Shown: piece by piece, positions 26,503 through 35,358 of the stretch
Numbering within the stretch: position 1 is the stretch's first letter
Layout of the letters: each line of letters begins with the position of its first letter
IMG/VR virus record: IMGVR_UViG_3300010375_000005
Span: 1 to 44,925 of that record
Direction: 5' to 3' (one strand)
Length of the DNA stretch: 44,925 nucleotides
Source: a virus
The notes under the pieces: model-generated
Database searches by the model: none
What the model was told of the DNA's origin: nothing
The model's input: the letters and a program-made list of their open reading frames with translations, nothing else
Position numbers and translations under genes: made by a program

Positions 26503-26532
26503 TTTGATATTGTGATTATTTGTGTAGATTTG
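26503..26532 (+). promoter_or_regulatory. Cassette promoter family, copy 4 (TTTG-18nt-TAGATTTG)
   Basis: The spacer ATATTGTGATTATTTGTG shares ATTGTGATTATTTGT with copies 1-3. The -7 box ends 3 nt before the ATG at 26536. Confidence 0.7.
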
Positions 26533-26535
26533 TGT

Positions 26536-26778
26536 ATGAAAAAACTTTCGCCTGTTCAGCAACGCGTTGTTGATGCTCTTAAAAACAATGACAGCTACAT
26601 TCAGCGTAGTAAATATTACAATCATAATAAAGTAATTTCACGTGTTCCATTTAAGATAAATGGGCGCGAATATTATTGTTTATTACAATTCACAAGTCCT
26701 ACTTTTGAGGTTTTACTTAATAATGAAATCATAGTAAAATCACAAGACGGAAACGAAACTTATATTTTAACCAAATAA
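26536..26778 (+). CDS. Hypothetical protein (80 aa)
   Basis: ATG at 26536 (MKKLSPVQQRVVDALKNN...). Confidence 0.55.
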   Translation: MKKLSPVQQRVVDALKNNDSYIQRSKYYNHNKVISRVPFKINGREYYCLLQFTSPTFEVLLNNEIIVKSQDGNETYILTK

Positions 26779-26786
26779 ATACCAAC

Positions 26787-26969
26787 ATGCCACAACAAAA
26801 ACCACCCCGAACAAACAACAACAAAATAGATTCCTGGATCGATGATGATACGTGGAATGCTTTGGACAATTACATGCAATCAGCCGGACGCAAACGCGCC
26901 GATGCTATCCGTATACTTTTACGAAAACAACTCGAATTAGAAGAGTTGATTAAAGGGGGAAAGAAGTGA
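26787..26969 (+). CDS. Ribbon-helix-helix (CopG/Arc-like) DNA-binding protein
   Basis: KIDSWIDDDTWNALDNYMQSAGRKRADAIRILLRKQL fits a strand-helix-helix pattern. Confidence 0.5.
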   Translation: MPQQKPPRTNNNKIDSWIDDDTWNALDNYMQSAGRKRADAIRILLRKQLELEELIKGGKK

Positions 26970-27217
26970 TTGGTGAGGAAAAAACCGGTTGTCGATTTTG
27001 CCAACAGTTGGTAAATGAAATTAATTACATCCGTGATGTTGAAATAAAGCATCTTGAATCAAAAGTTCAAGATACCTGTAACGTAATTAATCAACTATAC
27101 GAAATGGTATCAATGGGCTCTTACGGCGATCTTGAATTTGCGGAGCATTTTATAAGAGACAATTATATACCGACTGAAAAAGAAGTTAAGGATTTAGAAG
27201 ACGACCTGCCGTTTTAA
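26966..27217 (+). CDS. Hypothetical acidic protein (83 aa)
   Basis: GTG start overlapping the upstream stop. Confidence 0.45.
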   Translation: MIGEEKTGCRFCQQLVNEINYIRDVEIKHLESKVQDTCNVINQLYEMVSMGSYGDLEFAEHFIRDNYIPTEKEVKDLEDDLPF

Positions 27218-27223
27218 CCAATC

Positions 27224-27460
27224 ATGACCAACCTCACCTACATAGAAAAAAACTTCCGCCTCAACTGGGAGGGTAAACGCGAAAAAGTAAAACCGCGCCT
27301 TACCAAACCATTACGCACTACCATTTCCGCACCTCGTTTGATTGAGATAATTGGCGAACACCGGGCCGAATTTATATTCAATTCTATGCGTAAAATGAAA
27401 GGTGATAAAAAGACATACAAGGTACAGGATAAAGGCCGCTTAACTGTCTATGTAAAATAA
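27224..27460 (+). CDS. Hypothetical basic protein (78 aa)
   Basis: ORF only. Confidence 0.5.
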   Translation: MTNLTYIEKNFRLNWEGKREKVKPRLTKPLRTTISAPRLIEIIGEHRAEFIFNSMRKMKGDKKTYKVQDKGRLTVYVK

Positions 27461-27559
27461 CGATTTTAAGCCCCGTGACGTTAGTTTAGTAATTTTTTGG
27501 TAACTCATATCGGGAAAATGATAAAAGTAGTTTAAAAAAGTAATTTCAAAAAAAAGTTT

Positions 27560-27865
27560 ATGGATTTAAATAGCAAAAAAGGCATATTACCTAAAAGGGT
27601 AATTCAGTTTTATACTGGATTTAATTGTGGATACAATGGTGATGATTTTGCTCAAAATAGGGTAACAATATGGAAGAAGTTCGAAGCGTCAGGCATAAGA
27701 TTTAAGTTACTATACACTACCGGTAGCGGTATGATTTTTATTAACGCCTATAATCAAAGTTCAGGCGCGGGGTGCGATTATTCATTAACATCGTTGGTGA
27801 TAGATTCAACTACGTTCGACATTATACGCGAAACCTGTAAGGAAATATTAAAATTGGTAAAATGA
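27560..27865 (+). CDS. Hypothetical protein (101 aa)
   Basis: ORF only. Confidence 0.5.
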   Translation: MDLNSKKGILPKRVIQFYTGFNCGYNGDDFAQNRVTIWKKFEASGIRFKLLYTTGSGMIFINAYNQSSGAGCDYSLTSLVIDSTTFDIIRETCKEILKLVK

Positions 27866-27913
27866 GCAAACAAAAACAATGCCCTCATCTAAACACGGTA
27901 CAAGTCGGCACAC

Positions 27914-27943
27914 AAAAAAGCAGTAGCCCCTAAAAGCTACTGC
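27914..27943 (-). terminator. Intrinsic terminator after the tube-candidate operon
   Basis: gcagtagc (27920-27927) pairs with gctactgc (27936-27943). The A6 at 27914-27919 is a T6 on the minus strand. Confidence 0.65.
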
Positions 27944-27966
27944 CCCCAAATAAATCAAACTAAAAA

Positions 27967-28149
27967 CTAACCTTTCACCTTTTTCTTTTTCTCAACCGCA
28001 GCCGGCTTATCTTCCGCACCATTTGCCTTATCCCATTCCGCCGAAATGTGATCTTCATCAGCCCCTGGATGCAAATCAATAACTTCCTGTTTTGTCATTC
28101 GCCCGATCACCTTGTGATTAAGCGACGGTTTTGTTTTAATGACAGGCAT
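27967..28149 (-). CDS. Hypothetical protein (60 aa)
   Basis: ORF 3 nt after the upstream stop; Lys-rich C-terminus. Confidence 0.5.
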   Translation of the reverse strand: MPVIKTKPSLNHKVIGRMTKQEVIDLHPGADEDHISAEWDKANGAEDKPAAVEKKKKVKG

Positions 28150-28152
28150 GGC

Positions 28153-29133
28153 TTACAATCCGATTGAAACCAGTTGAGCCTCGAACCCTGACGATCCATC
28201 GACGCCACCAATACCGGCCGCTAACAAGTTGGCAGGCGTATCCAGTCCAATCCATATCGGGTCACCAGCGGTGTAATTCGCGTCTGCAACGTCAATTTGC
28301 AACGCATACCCATCTGCAGTAGGTGTCGCGCTTGTAATTGCAATAGGCTTGCTTAAATCAGCAACCCCTGCAACGTCCTTAAAAGCTTTCCATAATCCAA
28401 CTACGAACTGTGTCGGATAGGTTTGCGCCAGGTCAACCCCCCCGCAAGATGTGGTTAAACCAACGGTAATCAGGGCAACAACACGTGCCTGCTTAGATAT
28501 AACTATATTTTGCAGTCCTATCAATCCCTGTAGATAACCTAACCCGCCGGCGTTGCGGAAGTCGATAAACTTAACACGCTCGTTTGTTTGCGCCGGGTCA
28601 AACACAATATCAATTGCATATCCGTTTGCATCATTACCTGTTGACCATTTGAACGGTTGAGCGTCGAATAAAGTCAAATCAATTGGCGAACATAATCCGT
28701 CGCCTTTATCGGTGCCCAATAAGAAGCCGTAAGATGTCAAAATATAAATCGGCTGGCGTAACCCGTTCATTAACCTTAACGGTATCAGTAGGCACATACC
28801 GCCGTCCCACCAGTTCATTTGCAACATGGTAAACCCGTCCCTGATCTTCTTCTTTTGCCCCAACGTGCTCGTTACGATAACCGGCTGTTCACTGTTATCT
28901 TTTGGGTCAATCGGAGCCTGAACCGGGTAAAACCGCGCATTCGGGTCGTCTGCCAGTATAAAATCAGATATTGCAGTCTTTGCACTTGCAATGTCTGTTA
29001 GCGGTATCGTTTGCCCATATTGGGCAAGTATAACGCCTATTGGTGCACCAAACTCAGTGAAGCATTTCAGGCCGTAACCTGTATTTGCCTTTGGAGCGGC
29101 GCAAACTTGTAAAACATTTCCTATTCCACTCAT
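28153..29133 (-). CDS. Major tail (tube) protein candidate
   Basis: 326 aa, positioned after the head-tail connector genes; no motif recognised. Confidence 0.45.
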   Translation of the reverse strand: MSGIGNVLQVCAAPKANTGYGLKCFTEFGAPIGVILAQYGQTIPLTDIASAKTAISDFILADDPNARFYPVQAPIDPKDNSEQPVIVTSTLGQKKKIRDGFTMLQMNWWDGGMCLLIPLRLMNGLRQPIYILTSYGFLLGTDKGDGLCSPIDLTLFDAQPFKWSTGNDANGYAIDIVFDPAQTNERVKFIDFRNAGGLGYLQGLIGLQNIVISKQARVVALITVGLTTSCGGVDLAQTYPTQFVVGLWKAFKDVAGVADLSKPIAITSATPTADGYALQIDVADANYTAGDPIWIGLDTPANLLAAGIGGVDGSSGFEAQLVSIGL

Positions 29134-29172
29134 TTTAGTATTTTTTGTGCCGGCTTATTTCATCCGACTTGT

Positions 29173-29712
29173 TTAACAATTTTTATAACGGAAATTCAAT
29201 TCCAAATTACTAATTTCAATAATATCAACACAGTCAACAACCGGGTTTTTACCATCGTTGTCCCAGTACGGCCATTCCTTGTAGTCCATTGGTATCTTTT
29301 CATAGGTTGTCGTTGCAATTGCCCGGCTAATGCTCATTTGGTATAACAACTCCGCAAATACTGGGATTAATACCGGCCGGAAGTTCCTATCATAACGATC
29401 CGCTGCCTTATCCGTTGCATTGCTCCATCTGGCTATTATCAATCTCAACGGTGTGCGTGAATCAATACCATTAACAGCACCTTTCTTTTGCGTAATCGGC
29501 TGAAACAGGGCAACCAATGGATATTTTAACGCCTGGTTTGCGGTCGACATTTGGGCAAGTGTTTCGTATATCTCAAGCGGAGGTCCGAATTGATAGTTTA
29601 GCTTTACAATGGTAGGATCATATTGCTGTAATTTAGCTATAATAGCCGTATTTGCAGCGTTTACAATATCTGCCATTATATCAACTATAATTACCGGATT
29701 GGGATAGCTCAT
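29173..29712 (-). CDS. Head-tail joining protein candidate (179 aa)
   Basis: Position only; ATGA-coupled. Confidence 0.45.
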   Translation of the reverse strand: MSYPNPVIIVDIMADIVNAANTAIIAKLQQYDPTIVKLNYQFGPPLEIYETLAQMSTANQALKYPLVALFQPITQKKGAVNGIDSRTPLRLIIARWSNATDKAADRYDRNFRPVLIPVFAELLYQMSISRAIATTTYEKIPMDYKEWPYWDNDGKNPVVDCVDIIEISNLELNFRYKNC

Positions 29713-30269
29713 ATACCTAAACTGTTTTTTATACGGTAAATTTCAGGTAATTGATAACACCCGAATCCATAATACCAACTCCAATTAAAATCTGGATAAT
29801 ACCACTGAATCCCATCAAAGCAAAACCACCAATCAGGAAAACAAACTGCGGTATATTCAGGATAAGTATCCGCATTGTCTTTAAGATACTTGTTTGTCGC
29901 CTTATTATACTTAACCATTTGGTTCCAGCTGTACACCATTTTAGGATAAGGGCTGACAGTAATCGCATTTTGCTTTTTCTGCTGTCCCTGGCCTGTATTC
30001 ATGGTAATCGATACACCTTGCGCATATTGATAGTGCCAATAAACGTAGCACACAATAGCGGTTTTAAAATTTGGTGTAGCTATTAGCGTGACAAACCTCG
30101 CGTCTGCCGGTGTTGCTACATAAGCCGCATATAAATCAGTGCCCATTAACTGGGCTAAAAATTCCGGCTCATACTGATCGATATATGCCTGTATATCATT
30201 CCCCTGCAAACTAACGTTCGGCAATTGATTGTCTACTACAAAGTCGGCAGGGGATATGATAGTTGGCAT
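29709..30269 (-). CDS. Head-tail connector/adaptor candidate (186 aa)
   Basis: Position only; coupled to the neighbouring genes. Confidence 0.45.
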   Translation of the reverse strand: MPTIISPADFVVDNQLPNVSLQGNDIQAYIDQYEPEFLAQLMGTDLYAAYVATPADARFVTLIATPNFKTAIVCYVYWHYQYAQGVSITMNTGQGQQKKQNAITVSPYPKMVYSWNQMVKYNKATNKYLKDNADTYPEYTAVCFPDWWFCFDGIQWYYPDFNWSWYYGFGCYQLPEIYRIKNSLGI

Positions 30270-30712
30270 TACTTTCGGTATAAAAGATATTTGTTATGAA
30301 CTGAGTTACCACTTGTGTCTGTCGCCGTCGTTATAATCCGGTAATATAAACCTGGATTACTCGTCAACTGCACTAAGTTGGTAGTGGTCGCTGTATTGGT
30401 GAATGTGTAAGTATTTAATGTTGCCCACTGTTCGCCCGTTACTGGCGTCAAATGCGTTTGCAAAACAATCGTGCCCGTAATAGTGCCGCTCGTTTTCGTT
30501 ATGTCATACTTAAACGTAATGGCAGACCTTCCGCCCGGTATTGTTACCAGTGTTGTGTCACTCCTAACCGCTCCATGAACAAACGTTATTGGCCCCGATA
30601 TTCGGCCGGCATAATCGTATCCTGGGCCTGGCGCGGGTGATTGTCCATAAGATACAGTACCTAACAAGGTAAATAGTATCAAAATTAACGCGTATTTTAT
30701 TAACTTTTTCAT
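30269..30712 (-). CDS. Signal-peptide-bearing beta-rich protein (147 aa)
   Basis: MKKLIKYALILILFTLLGTVSYGQS has an n/h/c signal-peptide layout. The remainder is Thr-rich. Confidence 0.6.
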   Translation of the reverse strand: MKKLIKYALILILFTLLGTVSYGQSPAPGPGYDYAGRISGPITFVHGAVRSDTTLVTIPGGRSAITFKYDITKTSGTITGTIVLQTHLTPVTGEQWATLNTYTFTNTATTTNLVQLTSNPGLYYRIITTATDTSGNSVHNKYLLYRK

Positions 30713-30864
30713 TACTTTTTACCTCCTTTAGCAGGCTTTTCACTACCCTCAATTAGTTCAACATGGCCGTGTTTCGCCACGGCTTTAGCGGTACTTTCGT
30801 GCATTTCGATTTCTTCACCTACCTTGTAAGTGCCGAAATCTTTTTTTACAACTTTTACTTTCAT
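30712..30864 (-). CDS. Hypothetical protein (50 aa). It is below the track cutoff.
   Basis: Own translation: MKVKVVKKDFGTYKVGEEIEMHESTAKAVAKHGHVELIEGSEKPAKGGKK*. TAATG-coupled. Confidence 0.45.
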   Translation of the reverse strand: MKVKVVKKDFGTYKVGEEIEMHESTAKAVAKHGHVELIEGSEKPAKGGKK

Positions 30865-30867
30865 GGC

Positions 30868-32220
30868 TTAAACGACTGCTGATATTGCGGCCAAAATAGT
30901 CGCGTAATCATCGTAAATAAATGCCTGCTGGTCAAGCTTTTTAACATAAGCATGCCAGCGGCTTTCACCCAGGATCACGAACTGATTTTTAATAAAATCA
31001 TCGTTAATCCATCCTATCTTGACGCGATAACCCAGGTAATTCGATGTGTTGTATTTGCTCATATCTGCAACAAATATCTTACCTGCCGGGATCATCTCTT
31101 CAGGCAGAATAGTTACACCGCCGATTTCAACGCGGTTAAACAGCGACGCCATTGGGTAAAGTGGTAAACCACGTTCGTCTTTTGCAGCAACCAGATGAAT
31201 GAAAAAATCAATCGGGTTAACTAAACACAAAGACGGCATGTATGGCATTTCGTCCTGATAATTATGTGTAACATATACATCTGTGATACACGCGTTAACC
31301 ACATCCATAAAATTCGGAAAACGAACAGTGTTTGCCATTGCCCCCGCAGCGAATACGCGGCCATATTGGGTCGCGCCAACAAGTGCAGCTAATGCCACAT
31401 CTCCAAACAGGATAGCACGTTGTTTTTTAATATCATGCTTGTCTTTAAGGAATCCGGTTGCAATTGACTGCAGTCCCAGAATGTCCTGTACTGATTGTTC
31501 TGACAAATGCTCCCACGCGGCCATAGTGAACGGCTGTGCATAGCGGGTTTCGATCTTGAAATCGATTTGAGCCTTTGCGTCACCCTCTGCCAATTGAAAA
31601 GCAAAGTCGCCATCTTTGGGGACGGATTCGGTATACGGATATGCCGCCAATGATGTGTTAAAATTATTTGTCAGGCTGTTAATGAGGTTAGTCCTCATGT
31701 TAACGCGTGACGGAGGCGCCATTTGAACGCCAACCAATTCAGGAATCCCGTCTGGGTTAGTTGCGCTGCCGACAGTTCCAGAACCACCGCCGTCATCAAC
31801 AATGGCGTTACCGCTTGTCATATTACCAACAGCTTTAACCTCAAACTCAACAAAGCCCTGACCTTTTTGCTTTAGGTTTTTGATGGTTTCAAAGTTTTCC
31901 TGAATGAAATCACGAACGGCCTTATTGATACTTTTCAGCGATAAGCCTTTGCCGGTTTCAACCGCCTGGTTTGCCTTTTCTTTAGCTTCGTTGACTTCGG
32001 TTTTGAGGCCCTTGATTGTAGTTTCCTGCTCATCAAGTTTTGTTTTCAATGCAGCGTTTTCCGTTTTGAATAAATCAACCTTATCGCCTATAGCCTTAAT
32101 AGCCGCAACTGTTCCATCGTTGCCACCACCTTCGCCACCAGGATTAGGATCTAATTTAGCACGGAAAAACATCGAACCCGAGGCGCTACCTGGCCCCATA
32201 GTTAGAAATACTTTTTTCAT
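30868..32220 (-). CDS. Major capsid protein (HK97-like) with an N-terminal coiled-coil delta-like region
   Basis: 450 aa, directly after the protease. Coiled coil KTKLDEQETTIKGLKTEVNEAKEKANQ. Confidence 0.75.
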   Translation of the reverse strand: MKKVFLTMGPGSASGSMFFRAKLDPNPGGEGGGNDGTVAAIKAIGDKVDLFKTENAALKTKLDEQETTIKGLKTEVNEAKEKANQAVETGKGLSLKSINKAVRDFIQENFETIKNLKQKGQGFVEFEVKAVGNMTSGNAIVDDGGGSGTVGSATNPDGIPELVGVQMAPPSRVNMRTNLINSLTNNFNTSLAAYPYTESVPKDGDFAFQLAEGDAKAQIDFKIETRYAQPFTMAAWEHLSEQSVQDILGLQSIATGFLKDKHDIKKQRAILFGDVALAALVGATQYGRVFAAGAMANTVRFPNFMDVVNACITDVYVTHNYQDEMPYMPSLCLVNPIDFFIHLVAAKDERGLPLYPMASLFNRVEIGGVTILPEEMIPAGKIFVADMSKYNTSNYLGYRVKIGWINDDFIKNQFVILGESRWHAYVKKLDQQAFIYDDYATILAAISAVV

Positions 32221-33050
32221 GTTAATTTTAATTGTAAATTAAATAATGCTTCAAACAACTCCTTGTTGTTCTGCTGTTTTTGAGTGCTTAATGGCGGCTC
32301 ATTTTTACCAGTGCTGGATTGCGGCTGATAGTTTTTTACGTATAATGTCGGTGTGAGTGGATTACTCGCAAACACAACCGCGCTACCTTCTCTTTTTTTA
32401 GCTTCACGTACACACCAAACATAGCCAGCTTCTTCAGCTATTTCCGGGTTAATACATTGAGCAAGCATTTCATTAAAAAAGTCCATTTCTTTTTTTGAAC
32501 TTTCGTCATAATATGCAATATCAAAATCAACATACATCATTCCGATTGAATGCTGATCCACCTCACCGCTTGTGTACTTATCGAACATAAGCGGCTGTTT
32601 ATTTTTATCAATAGTGAAGATGTTGCAATTGGCTTGCATGGCAAAATCAATATCAACACCAATATCTTTAAAGTTCATGCTTTGATTAATATTCTTAGCC
32701 TTATTAGCTAAAACACTCTCAAACTTATTTTCGTGTTGCTTAAGTACGGGGTTATATGGATTGTCCTTAACTGTCTTGTTCCATATACCTTGTAAATGCA
32801 AGTCCATATGGCTGTCAATCACATTGGTAGTGTTGATAATCGCCTTAACCTCAATTATATCACCCGTAACAGGCTCAATCGTTGGCTTGAACTCTTTTAT
32901 AAGTTCAGATTTAACCGTACATGACGAATCCGTCTTGTACTCAGTTGCCTTAATTGCGGTTAATTCCTTGATTTTTTTCTTGATATAGTTGGTTTGATCC
33001 ATCTTATCAGTGAATTTTTTATCAGGGAATTGTTTTAGGGTATAGATCAT
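32217..33050 (-). CDS. Prohead maturation protease candidate (HK97/S78-like)
   Basis: VIDSHMDLHLQGIWNKTV...VLKQHENK resembles the D-x-x-D...H pattern. Lies between portal and capsid genes. Confidence 0.55.
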   Translation of the reverse strand: MIYTLKQFPDKKFTDKMDQTNYIKKKIKELTAIKATEYKTDSSCTVKSELIKEFKPTIEPVTGDIIEVKAIINTTNVIDSHMDLHLQGIWNKTVKDNPYNPVLKQHENKFESVLANKAKNINQSMNFKDIGVDIDFAMQANCNIFTIDKNKQPLMFDKYTSGEVDQHSIGMMYVDFDIAYYDESSKKEMDFFNEMLAQCINPEIAEEAGYVWCVREAKKREGSAVVFASNPLTPTLYVKNYQPQSSTGKNEPPLSTQKQQNNKELFEALFNLQLKLT

Positions 33051-33051
33051 T

Positions 33052-33357
33052 TCACAACGCGGTTATTGTTTTATCAATATTCGGCTCGGTTCCTAAACTT
33101 AGGTAAAGCAAGCTATTTTCTGGATGTGTATTGAAACAAATACCTGGATATAAGCCACTGCAATTTTCAAAAACATCAATATTGCATACTATTGCGCCAT
33201 TTAAGTAGCGTGGCCGTGCAGTTCCAATTATATTTTCAATTTTGTAATCTTTTGCTATGGGTATAGAAACTGGAAGGTTTAAATTAAGTTCATTTTTTTC
33301 GACTATAACATTTGTATACGAAAAAACTTCTTTTAATGGTTTGCCGTTGATGTTCAT
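33052..33357 (-). CDS. Hypothetical protein (101 aa)
   Basis: ORF only. Confidence 0.5.
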   Translation of the reverse strand: MNINGKPLKEVFSYTNVIVEKNELNLNLPVSIPIAKDYKIENIIGTARPRYLNGAIVCNIDVFENCSGLYPGICFNTHPENSLLYLSLGTEPNIDKTITAL

Positions 33358-33411
33358 TTCTTTACTTCTTTATCTTTTAACCGTTCTTTAACTTGTTGAG
33401 TTAACTTGGGA

Positions 33412-34698
33412 TTATTCACTTTTTCCGCCGCCTGTTTTAGACGTTCCGGCTTGGACTGGGACTGCGTTGATTGTTGCATAATCTAAATGTGTAAATTCGG
33501 TATCTAAGGTAGAATTAATTTCGTCAATTTTCACACCTGCTTTCATAAAATTTATTAATGCCTGTGATAAGAACAATTGCCCCTGCGCTTTTAGCTTAGC
33601 TGAAGCTTGTGTAAATGGCAGGTGATCCCATGAGATTACTATACTTTTTGTTGAATATCCGAAGCGTTTAGTAAACGCGTTCATTAATTGATCTCCGGCT
33701 GGCTGCAATGTGTAATCAACATGCGCGCCCCTGGCAATTTCCTGATTTTCATATGTTGAGCCTTTTAATGACGCCTCTAACACGTCGCGCGGGATGCCGA
33801 ATAATGAACCGACTTTGAAATAATCATCCCAATATGACTTGTCAAGATCTTCTATAACCGCCGATTGCTCCACAAAACGTTTAATATCAATCATTGATTT
33901 AACGGCATGAACACTTTTTGTGCCGTTCATCTTAGTTTCAATGTCTTTTTTTTCATCTTCATGTAACGGCGATTGTAGTATATTATTCGGGTCAGCTTTA
34001 CCAGCGACCATATATTTACCGGCGAACCGTAATGTTATATTCTTACTACCGGCACCGGCCCGTCCGTTAGCTATAATTTGGTAAATAGCATCTATTGTTG
34101 ACGATCCCCTAAACCAATTTCCGGTTCCGTTACTCAAATCAGGCACGTGCGTTATCCTACCCCATTTTATTTGTTGACTGTCGCCTCCTGAATACCTGTA
34201 ATTAATTATTAACTCATTGATTAACTTCTCTGTAGCTGATGATAAAACAATCATATCCCTGTACTTATTCATTTCGGCCGGGAATACCATTTTATAGCTA
34301 TCGAGCATATAAAGTTTATTGGTTGTGCTTTGGGCGCTGTCGCTATCAACGTAGCAATAGGCATTGCCAATCATCTTCCAAAACATATAGTCCCAAAGGA
34401 ATTGACTTTTTTGCTGAAATGGGTTTGGGTTATTAATTAATGTTATAAATGGGTCGTTTGGTACTATTTTACCATTCCTGTAAACATAAACTTCTCCCAT
34501 GCTGAACATATCGCATTGAAGCTTGAATACCTTAAGGACAGCTGGATTAGAGAATACTGCCGCTACTTTTAATCGATCATTTGAAAAGTTAGTAAAGTCA
34601 GCATTAGGGTCGAGCATAAACATGTCGTTTGGCCCCCACTGTTCGATATAATCGTTAAGCCCGAAAATTGATGCTGCAATACTTTGAAACCAATTCAT
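33412..34698 (-). CDS. Portal protein
   Basis: 428 aa, positioned between terL and the protease/capsid genes. Confidence 0.7.
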   Translation of the reverse strand: MNWFQSIAASIFGLNDYIEQWGPNDMFMLDPNADFTNFSNDRLKVAAVFSNPAVLKVFKLQCDMFSMGEVYVYRNGKIVPNDPFITLINNPNPFQQKSQFLWDYMFWKMIGNAYCYVDSDSAQSTTNKLYMLDSYKMVFPAEMNKYRDMIVLSSATEKLINELIINYRYSGGDSQQIKWGRITHVPDLSNGTGNWFRGSSTIDAIYQIIANGRAGAGSKNITLRFAGKYMVAGKADPNNILQSPLHEDEKKDIETKMNGTKSVHAVKSMIDIKRFVEQSAVIEDLDKSYWDDYFKVGSLFGIPRDVLEASLKGSTYENQEIARGAHVDYTLQPAGDQLMNAFTKRFGYSTKSIVISWDHLPFTQASAKLKAQGQLFLSQALINFMKAGVKIDEINSTLDTEFTHLDYATINAVPVQAGTSKTGGGKSE

Positions 34699-34734
34699 GT
34701 ATTATGTTTCGGTAAATGTAAATTAAATTATTGT

Positions 34735-34765
34735 AAAAAAGAAAAAGCCAGTCAAATTGACTGGC
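34735..34765 (-). terminator. Intrinsic terminator after the Imm-5-like gene
   Basis: gccagtca (34747-34754) pairs with tgactggc (34758-34765). On the minus strand it is followed by TTTTTCTTTTTT. Confidence 0.7.
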
Positions 34766-34794
34766 TGATCCAAAGTATAGAACTTTTCAGGAAA

Positions 34795-35322
34795 CTATAC
34801 AGTTTCTTTTTTAGTGGTGAAATCTTTTAAAAATTGCAGTAGTAATTCTTGGTATTTCGCTTTACCGTTTGTTTTTTTAGCGTCGGCGGCGGCGGCTTCG
34901 GCGGCGGCGTAGGCGGCGTAGGCGGCGTAGGCGGCTTCGGCGGCTTCGGCGGCGGCTTCGGCGGCGGCGGCTTCGTAGGCGGCGGCGGTTTCCCTTTTTT
35001 CTCTCAATACATCAATAGTAATTATACCTGCCAAATAGTCTTTAGCTGCCTGTATTGCTTCTCTTGGTGCTTTATTGTTGGGGTATTTATCTTCATAAAT
35101 AGGCAACACACATAATGCACAACCTATAGCGAATTGGCGAAATTCATCTACGGTAAATTCGCAATTATATCTAATAAACCAGGCTTTGTGTTTTAAAGAT
35201 ACGTTTGCTGATAAAATATCAGTAATTGTAAATTCATCATTAGGTAGATAATCATTTTGCCGATTATTGTTTTCGGCATAACATCCAAAATTAGAAGTGT
35301 TTTTTGTGAATTCTGTTTTCAT
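34795..35322 (-). CDS. Imm-5-like helical protein with a C-terminal alanine-rich repeat
   Basis: CALCVLPIYEDKYPNNKAPREAIQAAKDYL is followed by AAAYEAAAAEAAAEAAEAAYAAYAAYAAAEAAAADA. This pattern is recalled from the Imm-5/Imm-5-like putative immunity proteins. Confidence 0.55.
   Translation of the reverse strand: MKTEFTKNTSNFGCYAENNNRQNDYLPNDEFTITDILSANVSLKHKAWFIRYNCEFTVDEFRQFAIGCALCVLPIYEDKYPNNKAPREAIQAAKDYLAGIITIDVLREKRETAAAYEAAAAEAAAEAAEAAYAAYAAYAAAEAAAADAKKTNGKAKYQELLLQFLKDFTTKKETV
34881..34988. repeat. GC-rich triplet/9-bp tandem repeat tract
   Basis: ggcggcgta x3 (34903-34929), then ggcggcttc units. An almost pure (GCN)n island in an AT-rich genome. Confidence 0.9.
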
Positions 35323-35358
35323 TTTGAAAAGTTTTTAAGTCCGAATTATTTCAGTCTA

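Noticed and set aside
12749-26532. Whether the repeated 31-61-bp blocks could be a CRISPR array
   Set aside because: The copies are kilobases apart and sit in intergenic gaps directly upstream of ORFs. They match the -33/-7 promoter consensus, and there is no regular repeat-spacer periodicity.
34849-35115. An 88-aa Gly-rich + strand ORF (GGGGFGGGVGGVGG...)
   Set aside because: It is the antisense reading of the (GCN)n alanine repeat of the minus-strand gene. It has no promoter or start context, and the sense frame has a recognisable domain.
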